A DNA stretch of 62,991 nt, counting the filler, from Licmophora abbreviata (lineage: Eukaryota): the NCBI GenBank assembly GCA_900291995.1. It is 17 parts of 17 records of this genome, joined end to end, with 100 filler letters (N's around TTAATTAATTAA, not from the genome) between each part and the next. Parts side by side here need not be neighbours in the genome. Positions count along the whole stretch, not along the records: positions 7,440 to 9,583 come from OLMU01001048.1; positions 9,684 to 12,426 come from OLMU01001049.1; positions 12,527 to 17,012 come from OLMU01001050.1; positions 17,113 to 20,194 come from OLMU01001052.1; 13 more parts are not named here. The stretch is one strand, 5' to 3'. Below the pieces are notes generated by a model. That model saw nothing but the letters and a program-made list of their open reading frames with translations. It was not told where the DNA came from and did not search any database. The position numbers were made by a program, and so were the translations under genes. This document shows, in pieces, positions 9,010 to 17,834 of the stretch; position 1 is the first letter of the stretch; the number at the start of each line of letters is the position of its first letter.

Positions 9010-10327
9010 TTACGTTCCAGTTGGGCGCATTTCAATCACGGAAGAAGGTGACGATTTGCACCGCGACATGATGTAGGCGGAAACCTTGTTCGCCGCATCA
9101 CGTTGCGAGTCGAGATCGGGCACGCCGTAATGGCCGAGCATGGCGATCTCCTTGCCGGTGAGGTTTTGACCGTTCAGCCAGCGTTGCAGGTGGTAGGGGA
9201 TCACGACAGACATCGCGGCCTCGTTCCACAGATGGCGAACATCGCCGGGGGCGGTCAGCGGCAGGCGGTCGAGAACGTCTAGATGGCCGCGCTTGCCTTT
9301 GATGCGGCGCACGGACGGGAACACCCAGTCGCTTGAATGCATGTCCCGCACACGCTGGAACACCGACCGCGCATAGTCGGAGATGGCGACGGTGCGTCCG
9401 TTCTCGTCGCGCTTGAGGCGGGCGAACGTGACGGTGCCATTTTCGAGATCGACCTGCGACCAAGTCAGTTCGCGCAGGACGTTCTCGCGGCAACCCATGT
9501 GCCAGCGCAATTCCCAGCAGGCGCGCTTGATCGGGTTTTCAATCGCCACGACCTCCTTCCAGCGTTCGGCCCAGTCGATGTCGNNNNNNNNNNNNNNNNN
9601 NNNNNNNNNNNNNNNNNNNNNNNNNNNTTAATTAATTAANNNNNNNNNNNNNNNNNNNNNNNNNNNNNNNNNNNNNNNNNNNNATGTCACGCTTCGGCTG
9701 CTTCGTGATGTCGGTCAGCGTGGGGATCGGCAGCACAACGGCGTGGACCTTGCAGGCATGGCGCAGCGTCGCGCCGATCACAGCATGGGCACGATAGGCG
9801 GCGTGCGGACGGTCCTTCTGCAAGGCGTTCAGGTGTTGGTTGATGTTGCGCGTCGGCAGCTTGTCGATCTGCACATCTGCCCATTTGGCGAGGTGAAGGC
9901 GAAACGTGCGGCGGTATTCGTCGGCGGTGTCTGCCTGCATCCGGCTCTTGCCCGAGAAGCGCGGGCCGGTCTGATGCGTCAGATAGGCGTCGAGCGCGTC
10001 GGCAAGGTTCGGCAGGGGCATTTCCTCCTCGACCGCCTTAACCGCCTTCTCTGCGCGGCTCATGAACTCTCCGGCGTCCATCTCCGACTTGACCTCGGAC
10101 GCGATCCGCCATGCCTCGTCTCGCTTCATGTTCGGGAATTGTCCGATCTTCACTTGCCGCGACTTCTGCGCCGCGCCGTCCCACTTCGATGCGTACCACG
10201 TCTTCGTGCCGCCCGACGTGACGGACAGGCGCAGCCCGCGATAGGTTTTGTCCGAATACCATTCCGTCTTCGACAGCGGTTTGATCCGCTGGATCGCGCT
10301 GTCGGTGAAGGTCATTGTCGTCGCCAT
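9010..10327 (-). CDS. Tyrosine recombinase/integrase with N-terminal arm-binding domain, split by gap
   Basis: N-terminal YSDKTYRGLRLSVTSGGTKTW..KIGQFP (DUF4102-type arm domain); catalytic region GCRENVLRELTWSQVDL, WVFPS, GDVRH, GHY; adjacent to the att site. Confidence 0.9.
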
Positions 10328-10464
10328 GCGTCGCTCCTGTTTTCGAGAAAATTCGAGAACACGTTACGATCCACTTGGGCAGACGCCAACCGAAGATCAA
10401 AGTAAGTAACTGATTTTGTTATGAGTTTTGACGGACATCATATCCAGTTGGATGAGGCCGAGCG

Positions 10465-10511
10465 CATTCGTAATGATGGGGTCGGGGGTTCGAGTCCCTT
10501 CAGCGGCACCA
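10465..10511 (+). other. att site: 3' half of tRNA-Thr(CGT), not a complete tRNA
   Basis: CATTCGTAATG anticodon arm, GGGGGTTCGAGTCCCTT T arm, CAGCGGCACCA acceptor end; the complementary 5' GCCGCTG and D arm are missing. Confidence 0.85.
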
Positions 10512-10606
10512 CTGTCTCATCCAATGACATCCAAAACACCTTGGTTTATAGGGGTTTTTGCGATGTCATATTGTCATATGACGTTCGGCCCGCTTCGGTA
10601 GGATGC

Positions 10607-10820
10607 CCCTATCCGATGGGTCCGCGTCAAATCCTTTACGCCTTCGAAATCGCGGCTAAGATGACGCTGCAGCTGGTGGCCGTCTGTGCCGCGGCAGGGG
10701 TGATCGTGGGTGTCATCGCCCTGACCGGGATCAGAACGCGGTTCTCGTCGATGCTGCTTGGACTTGCTGACCAGAATCAGGCGATTGCCCTGTTTTTTGC
10801 AATGATAGTGTCGATTATTC

Positions 10821-10853
<33 letters not shown>

Positions 10854-11371
10854 CGACGACCGCGGCCTATGCCGTCGCGGCCAGTGTGATCGGACCGGGT
10901 CTGGTGCAGCTTGGCGTCCCGCCACTGACCGCGCATTTCTTCATTTTCTACTACGCGGTCATGTCCGCGATCACGCCGCCGGTTGCCCTTGCCGCCTATG
11001 CCGGTGCCGCGATCGCACAGTCAGACCCGACGAAGACCAGCGTGGAAAGTTTCCGTATCGGGCTTGCCGCCTTCGTGGTGCCTTTCATGTTCTTCTCGTC
11101 GCCTGCGCTTCTAATGGACGGAAGCTGGTTCGAAGTGATCCATGTCGTCATATCTGCCTTGTTGGGGATTTATCTGCTGTCTTCGGCGGTGCAGGGCTGG
11201 TTCTTCGGCCTGCTCTCGATGCCCTTGCGCGGGTTCCTTCTGGCTGCCGCCTTGTCGATGATCGCACAAGGCTGGTTTACCGATGTGATAGGTCTTGGCG
11301 TGGCACTCGGCATCTGGCTTTTGCAGAAGAAGCTGGTCGATCCCAACAAGGTCATCCGTGGCGCTGACTGA
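10607..11371 (+). pseudogene. 5'-truncated TRAP transporter fused permease (4TM/12TM type)
   Basis: LGMGMPTTAAY, AHFFIFYYAVMSAITPPVALAAYAGA, AAFVVPFMF motifs; only the last ~250 aa are present; the ORF-track N-terminus is just att/tRNA sequence. Confidence 0.8.
10823..10852 (+). repeat. (GGCATG)5 microsatellite in the TRAP remnant
   Basis: Five exact copies encoding (GM)5; this family usually has GMGMP. Confidence 0.9.
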
Positions 11372-11741
11372 TCTTGAGATTTAAACCGACGCCCGCTCCT
11401 CGATCCGTTCGCAGGGGCCGGCGGGCGTTTTTCCGTCTGGCGCGCTTGTCGCCAAGAGCTGCAATTCCATCCGCTGGCGGGCAGCACTTCAATTCGGAGA
11501 CAACCGTCGCACGTCTAAGCCTGCGGCGGATTATACACCAGAGCAGCCTGACCCGCTCAATGCATGGTGCGACTGCCGGGGGTATTCAGGCGAGATCGCG
11601 AAATAATACAATTGATATCCGACGTGCCAATTTAAAACACCGAATCCCTTGAGCACACGACGTCTCCTCAGCCGTTTCTCCACCCCGTGACCCCAACGAT
11701 GCTCATTCGCCGCCGCCCTCTTTTCGTGCGAAGTTTAATCG

Positions 11742-11757
11742 TTAAACCCACGGTAAC
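11742..11757 (+). promoter_or_regulatory. CtrA-like box upstream of motB
   Basis: TTAA-ACCCACG-GTAAC versus consensus TTAA-N7-TTAAC; similar boxes at 12752-12766, 14372-14386 and 15111-15126. Confidence 0.55.
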
Positions 11758-11805
11758 ACCTTCTCCGCTATCCCTGTCCTCGGGTGAGTTGAAAAGGTGG
11801 TGAAG

Positions 11806-12679
11806 ATGGCAGCGTCTGGCGATAACGCCGCGCCGGTCATCATCAAACGGAAGAAAGTCATTTCTGGCGACGGGCATCACGGTGGTGCCTGGAAGGTCGC
11901 TTACGCCGATTTCGTGACGGCGATGATGGCATTTTTCCTGTTGATGTGGCTGTTGAACGCGACGACGGAAAAGCAAAGAAAAGGCATCGCGGACTATTTC
12001 AGTCCGACAGTGCCCATCAACCGCATCTCAGGGGGCGGTGACGGGAATTTTGGCGGCGAAAGCGTGTTCTCCGAAATGACCCTGCCTCAGAACGGTAATG
12101 GCGCCACCAATCAGCGCCCAGCAGACTCCAGTCAGTCGCGCGGCGAAACCGGCGTGTCCCAAGACACGGCAACCGCATCGGGATCAGGCTCTAACGTCGC
12201 CCGGCAAATGGCCAATGATGCGAAGTTCGACAAGGTGCAGGATCTTCTCAAGGGTCAGTCTGGCGAAAGTGCGGTGTCGCCTGAAATCATGCGGCACATA
12301 CTGACCCGGGTGACCGACGAAGGCCTCGTGATCGAGCTCTTCGATCTCAAAGATGCGAGACTGTTTATGCCCGAAAGCCATGCACCCACCCCTCTCTTAC
12401 TGCAATTGGCGCAGCTGGTGGTGACGNNNNNNNNNNNNNNNNNNNNNNNNNNNNNNNNNNNNNNNNNNNNTTAATTAATTAANNNNNNNNNNNNNNNNNN
12501 NNNNNNNNNNNNNNNNNNNNNNNNNNGACGCCATGCGCAACCTCATGCAGGACGCCGGGATAAGGTCCGACCGCATGAGCCGCGTCACCGGCCATGCCGA
12601 CCGTGAGCCGGTTCTGTCCGACAAAATGGCTCTTCGCAACAACAGGCTGGAGGTGATCCTGCTGCGATCCGACGACTGA
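11806..12679 (+). CDS. motB: Flagellar motor protein MotB (OmpA-like C-terminus), split by gap
   Basis: HHGGAWKVAYADFVTAMMAFFLLMWL; after the gap VTGHADREP...NNRLEVILLR. Confidence 0.9.
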
Positions 12680-12823
12680 CGCTCGTAAATCGCTTCGCTT
12701 CTTGTCGACCCTCACGGGAGGCTCGAAAGGTTTTCGAGCGGATTTTATCTGTTCACCTGCCATTAAATGGATCTGCGCCATGCTGCATCGCGAAACCTCT
12801 CGATGCAGCAGAAAGGCGTATCC

Positions 12824-14088
12824 ATGACGATTTCCTCTTCCCTCAATGCCGGTGTTGCGGGGCTGGCCTCCAATGCAACGCGACTGGCCGCCATCTCCGA
12901 CAACATCTCAAACTCGGCCACCTATGGTTACAAACGTGTGGAAACCGATTTCCAGTCGCTCGTGATCTCGTCGAATGGTGGCAGCTATTCCGCGGGCGGC
13001 GTCCGCTCCATCACGCAGCGACTGATCGATGAAAGCGGATCCTTGGTCTCGACCTCGAATCCGACCGATCTTGCCGTGCGTGGGCGCGGCATGCTGCCCG
13101 TGGCGTCGATCAGTCAGATCGATGCAGGCAACGGTGAACCGCAGATGTTGCTGACGACAACCGGCTCGTTCCGCACCGACGCTCAGGGGCGTCTGATGAC
13201 CGGGACAGGCCTTGTGCTGTTGGGATGGCCTGCCGGCCCTGACGGGACCGTGCCGGAATTTCCCCGTGACACCAGCGATGGGCTGGAACCCGTCCGCATC
13301 AACGTCAATCAGCTGACGGGTGAACCGACCACCGAAATCAATCTGGGCGTCAACCTTCCCGCCACCGAGACCGAGGCGGGATCGACTGGTGACAGCCGCC
13401 AGCTTTCGGTCGAATATTTCGACAATCTCGGTAAATCCGAGAATATCCTCGTTGAATTCAGCCCCTCTGTCCCCGCCACCGGATCTTCCAACGCATGGAC
13501 TGTGACGATGCGCGATTCCGCTCAGGCGGGAGCCGTGATCGGCGAATACTCACTACAATTCGATGATGCGCGCGCCTCGGGTGGCACCCTTCAGTCGGTG
13601 ACGACCGTTTCGGGCGGCGCCTTCAACAACCCAACAGGCAGTGTGATCGTGAACGTCGCGGGCGGTCCGATGGAAATCCGCATTGGCCAACTCGGCACCT
13701 CCACGGGCATCTCGCAACTGTCCAACAGTTTTGCGCCCCTCTCGATCTCCAAGGATGGCTCACCGGTTGGCAACATGGTCTCGGTCAACGTGGATCCGAA
13801 CGGCTTTGTTCATGCCTCCTTCGATACCGGTATTACCAAGATCATCTATCAGGTGCCGCTGGTCGATTTGCCGAATCCCAATGGCATGGTCTCACTCGAC
13901 AAGCAGACCTTCATGCCTTCGCCAAATAGCGGCTCGTTTTTCCTGTGGAACGCCGGTGACGGCCCGACCGGGGATGTGGTGGCCTTCGCCCGTGAGGAAT
14001 CCGCCACCGATGTCGCGGGCGAGTTGACCGACATGATTCAAACCCAGCGCGCCTATTCGTCGAACGCCAAGGTCATTCAGACCGTCGA
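12824..14088 (+). pseudogene. flgE: Flagellar hook protein FlgE lacking its last residues, fused to antisense flagellin sequence
   Basis: SLNAGVAGL..ISDNISNSATYGYK N-terminus; EESATDVAGELTDMIQTQRAYSSNAKVIQTV, then homology stops and the frame reads on to 14386 through unrelated sequence. Confidence 0.85.
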
Positions 14089-14217
14089 ATTGTCCTTGGC
14101 CTGGCCAATTTCCTTGCCGGTCGAGATCATATTCTGGGTGTTCGCCAGGTTCTTGTTGACGGATTGCAGCGTTTGCAGCGCGACCATGGCGCTGTTGTTG
14201 GTCAAAATACTGGACAT
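14077..14217 (-). pseudogene. fliC: Flagellin 5' fragment (about 44 codons)
   Basis: MSSILTNNSAMVALQTLQSVNKNLANTQNMISTGKEIGQAKDNS is an alphaproteobacterial flagellin N-terminus; AAGGA RBS; stops two codons after the flgE junction. Confidence 0.9.
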
Positions 14218-14425
14218 AGCTTGTTCCTTTAGCCTGTGGTGCTTTGCACCAGTTGCGTCCCGCCCCCGTGGGAGACGGCTATGGCGTCTTTCTGACGTAT
14301 GCGGCTGCCGGGTCACCCCCCGAGGCCGCGCCAACCGCTTCCGGCTGCACGATCACCATCGCCGCCAATTGCTAAGGGAATGCTAAATCCGCCTTTCCAT
14401 ATGACCTGCATTTGAGACAACTTGC

Positions 14426-14785
14426 TCAGGCTCGTTTTTCGATCTTGCGCACCACCGCGCCATCGATCGTCTGTCTTTTCCCGCGTTGATCATAGGTCTC
14501 CAGTGCCTGCCGCACTTGCCGCATCGCGGCCATCCGTGCGGCGACCTTTCGGATCCCTTCCAGCGCTCCGTCCAGAAGCTCCTGATTGCGCATCAGCTTT
14601 CTGTGAACCGACTCAAGCTCTGGTCCACGTTCCAGATCGAGCGCATTGAACCTGTCGATCAGCTTTTGTTTGTCCTCGAGAATCGGACCGATCTTTTCCA
14701 GATTGCCGGACAGAAGACTGCTCCGTTCACTCTCCAGAAGATCATCCAGCCGATCAATCAGACCCTGCATGTCATTCGCCGTCAT
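14426..14785 (-). CDS. flgN: Flagellar export chaperone FlgN-like protein
   Basis: LDDLLESER..RNQELL..ETYDQRGK pattern; located between flgJ and flagellin. Confidence 0.7.
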   Translation of the reverse strand: MTANDMQGLIDRLDDLLESERSSLLSGNLEKIGPILEDKQKLIDRFNALDLERGPELESVHRKLMRNQELLDGALEGIRKVAARMAAMRQVRQALETYDQRGKRQTIDGAVVRKIEKRA

Positions 14786-15062
14786 CTTGGGCCTCCATCA
14801 TTGCGCGATAGAACGCCTGCGTCAGACCGATTCCCCCGCTTTTCACCATTTGGTCCGCGATGGCCTGCCTGTGGAAAGAGGCGAAATGATCCTCCGTCTG
14901 TTCGCCGGACAGGCTGTTTTGCTGTGCGCCCAATCCGGTCGATTTGAGCATTTCCGCCAGAAATGTTGCTTCCAGTTTCTGCGCGGCGTCCAGCGCCCTG
15001 GCTTTTTTTTCCGCGCCGGAAGGCCGGGCCATTGACGGGGGAATCGATAAAGGATCAGTCAC
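14772..15062 (-). CDS. flgJ: Rod-binding protein FlgJ (short form)
   Basis: AAQKLEATFLAEMLKS...GGIGL motif. Confidence 0.8.
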   Translation of the reverse strand: MTDPLSIPPSMARPSGAEKKARALDAAQKLEATFLAEMLKSTGLGAQQNSLSGEQTEDHFASFHRQAIADQMVKSGGIGLTQAFYRAMMEAQDDGE

Positions 15063-15174
15063 TGTTTCACCTCAAATTGACGATATTGATGATCATTTCA
15101 CCTCAATCTGGTAAAGATCCGGTAACCAGCAGATGTCATTGTGCGGGCATACTGTGGAAGAAATCCCGGAGATC

Positions 15175-16893
15175 ATGATGATTCTGCCTGATACCGCCTC
15201 CATGCTGGCGGCCGCGCCACGACCCGCCCAAGATCCTGTCAGGATCGGGCTGTCGTCCGATGCCGCGGCACATGCCAGTTTTCAGGTCGTTTTTTCGGAA
15301 TTGTCCGGTGCCATGACCGAGGATGTTCCGGTTGAAGCAGCACCGGCTGATGACATCGCCCCGCTGATTGAGGATGCGTCCACGCCGCCCGAGCCGGACA
15401 TTCCCGAAACCCCAATTCAGCCTGATTCCGGAGTGTCTCTGGCCGCCGATTCGGCGCATGACGCGCGATCGCACGGTAATCCCGTCCCCCCGCGTGATCC
15501 CGGAACAGTCCCGATTGACCCACAAGCAGAGGTCTGGCCTCGTGACGCGCACAGGCCCGTTCTTCCGGCAGATCCACAGATCCGGCCGATCGGCTCCAAT
15601 CAACCCGCCCCAACGCTCCCGGCCATGGCAGATATGTCCGGCCAACCTGCGGTGTCAGTCTCCAATCCGGCTGACGGGTCAGTTTCCAATTCACCTGCTG
15701 CGTTGGTTCCCACGCCCGCTGCCCCGTTGGCGCCCGATCCGTTGGCCTCGTTTGCCCCTGATCCGACTGCCCTGCCAGCCTCCGATCTCGCGCCCGACAC
15801 GGATGCCAAGGGCGATCCTCTCTTGCCGGATCGGGCATCGACCCAAGCTACCCTCTCGCCACCTGCCGGACCGCTTCGATCCGACCATTCCGCGCCCTTC
15901 ACGCCGGACTCGGCTCGCGTGATTGCGCCCCCTGCGCAAGGGCCCGGCCCTGATGCCGCCGCCGCCGTCTCCCTGACCTCGGCGCCCTTGACGCCCCCCC
16001 CGACGCTCAACACGACCGAGGCCCGGTTTGTTATGCCTCCGGCTCCACACGCTCCCCTGCCTGAACCGGTCGCTGCATCGCTGCCGCTCGAGGCAATCAT
16101 CGGTTCTTCCGTCGCGCGCCGACCTTCAGAGCAACCCTCGGGTTCAGGGGCGCCACCCGCGACCCTTGCGCAGCCCATACAGCCCTTCTCGCCCGTTCTG
16201 GCGCCGAAGCCCGATCCGGGCGCAATCGCGTCAAAGGAACGTCTCGCACCAAACGATCCGGTCCAAACCGCGCAGGCGCCTGTCACGCCCCAGATCGCCT
16301 TGCCGACACCTCAGCCGCTTGCCAACCAAGCTGTGCAGCCGTTCTTGGCGCAGCCTGTTCAATCGCTGCCGCAGCCGATCGTTGACGGTTGGAGCGACCC
16401 CCAGACATACGTCTCTGACCCGGCCCAAAATGCCGAAATTCGTCCCGTATCTGACCTGCCCAACGCAGCCCGCGGTTTCCATGACATCCTCCATCGCCCC
16501 GAACTGCCCCGTCAGGTTCTCACGCAACTCGTTGCCGCCATTCAGCGCGCGCCGGGCGAGAAAAATCTGGACCTCACGCTGAACCCTGCCGAACTTGGCC
16601 GCGTGCGTATCAGCCTGACGCCCGGGGATGCCGGGATCGTCGTGACCATCATCGCGGAAAGGCCGGAAACCCTCGATCTGATGCGCCGTCACGCCGAAAC
16701 GCTGGCGCAGGATTTCCTCGGGATGGGGTATGGACGGGCCGAATTCAACTTTGGTCAGACGCCGCAGCACTCCGGACAGCGGGGTGACCCCGGGACCGAC
16801 ACAAGCGACCGCCAAGCCACCGCGCCCGAGCCTCCGGCTCACAGCGTCGCATCTGTCCGCCTCTCGAACGACCGCGTCGATATCAGACTCTAA
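15175..16893 (+). CDS. fliK: Flagellar hook-length control protein FliK
   Basis: Pro/Ala-rich low-complexity body; C-terminal LNPAELGRVRISL...AERPETLDLMRRH. Confidence 0.8.
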   Translation: MMILPDTASMLAAAPRPAQDPVRIGLSSDAAAHASFQVVFSELSGAMTEDVPVEAAPADDIAPLIEDASTPPEPDIPETPIQPDSGVSLAADSAHDARSHGNPVPPRDPGTVPIDPQAEVWPRDAHRPVLPADPQIRPIGSNQPAPTLPAMADMSGQPAVSVSNPADGSVSNSPAALVPTPAAPLAPDPLASFAPDPTALPASDLAPDTDAKGDPLLPDRASTQATLSPPAGPLRSDHSAPFTPDSARVIAPPAQGPGPDAAAAVSLTSAPLTPPPTLNTTEARFVMPPAPHAPLPEPVAASLPLEAIIGSSVARRPSEQPSGSGAPPATLAQPIQPFSPVLAPKPDPGAIASKERLAPNDPVQTAQAPVTPQIALPTPQPLANQAVQPFLAQPVQSLPQPIVDGWSDPQTYVSDPAQNAEIRPVSDLPNAARGFHDILHRPELPRQVLTQLVAAIQRAPGEKNLDLTLNPAELGRVRISLTPGDAGIVVTIIAERPETLDLMRRHAETLAQDFLGMGYGRAEFNFGQTPQHSGQRGDPGTDTSDRQATAPEPPAHSVASVRLSNDRVDIRL

Positions 16894-17006
16894 AGCGTTC
16901 CGCCTTTAACCTGAGGCATCAGCCAAAGGCGGAACGCGTGCAACGATTGAACAAAGCACTGCATTTCGCGAAAATCCCTGAGTCAGGTTTTTCGCGAAAC
17001 GCTTTA
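16890..17006. repeat. MITE/REP-like palindromic element with terminal inverted repeats
   Basis: CTAAAGCGTT...AACGCTTTAG ends; internal hairpins GCGTTCCGCCTTT/AAAGGCGGAACGC and TTTCGCGAAAA/TTTTCGCGAAA. Confidence 0.75.
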
Positions 17007-17112
17007 GAAAGGNNNNNNNNNNNNNNNNNNNNNNNNNNNNNNNNNNNNNNNNNNNNTTAATTAATTAANNNNNNNNNNNNNNNNNNNNNNNNNNNNNNNN
17101 NNNNNNNNNNNN

Positions 17113-17770
17113 TGGGCATCTGGCCGCGCGCCAATTGGCGCCGCGCCTTGTGTTCCGGTGCTCCACGCCTTCGGGCATCTGCCTCGTGCATGAGGATGTG
17201 CCCGGCGCACCGCAGCGGCGCGGTACATTTCTCGTCGCTCGCGCGCTGCACAAATTGCACGCGATCGAACAACCCGCCGGTCTGCGCCAGGCCCCGGATG
17301 GCAGCGACGAACTCGCGGAACAGACTGGGGCCATTCTGTCGGACTGCGCGTCGCCCGCGGCATCGGCCGCCCGCAATCTGGCGCCTCAAGGCAAAGTGCC
17401 GCCCTTGCAGCGCCCGGTCCTTCTGCATGGCGATCCGGTGCCCGACGCCATGATCGTCACCGAAACCGGCTTTTGTTGGGCTGGCCTTGGGTGTGCCGCG
17501 TCTGGCGATCCATGCACGGACCTGGCCCTGTTCCTGTCCCCTGCCATGCAGGTTTTGCGCGGTGCCGCACCGCTTGGCCGGGCCGAACGTGCCGCCTTTC
17601 TGGCCAGCTATCCCTGCCAGCAGACCGTTGCGCGTTACCGGGCGTTGGCACCTTGGTATCACTGGCGCATGCTGGCCTATTGCCTTTGGCGGCATGAACG
17701 CGGCGATGCCTTGGCGCGCCTTGCCGTTCGCGCCGAAGAAACCGGCCTGAAACAGTCTCAAATCGCGTGA
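17113..17770 (+). CDS. Aminoglycoside phosphotransferase-family protein, 5' end in gap
   Basis: VLLHGDPVPDAMIV (APH HGD motif) and GDPCTDLA; the following motifs look degenerate. Confidence 0.6.
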
Positions 17771-17834
17771 CTCGCATCACCGCACCATCGGCGCGGCCCC
17801 CTCGGTTCGACACGAAAAAGCGAAACGCCGATCC

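Larger units (their letters stand above)
1..10511. mobile_element. Integrative element (satellite/PICI-like) inserted at tRNA-Thr(CGT); left end outside the window
   Basis: Integrase, excisionase and primase on one strand next to a tRNA 3' fragment; defence-like cargo; no capsid or conjugation genes in the visible part. Confidence 0.8.

Noticed and set aside
10421..10606. ORF-track N-terminus of the 316-aa TRAP ORF, and a possible full tRNA here
   Set aside because: The N-terminus is translated att/tRNA sequence; the tRNA lacks its 5' acceptor strand and D arm.
14089..14386. Apparent novel C-terminal domain on a 539-aa FlgE
   Set aside because: It is the antisense of the flagellin 5' end and leader, produced by the deletion junction.
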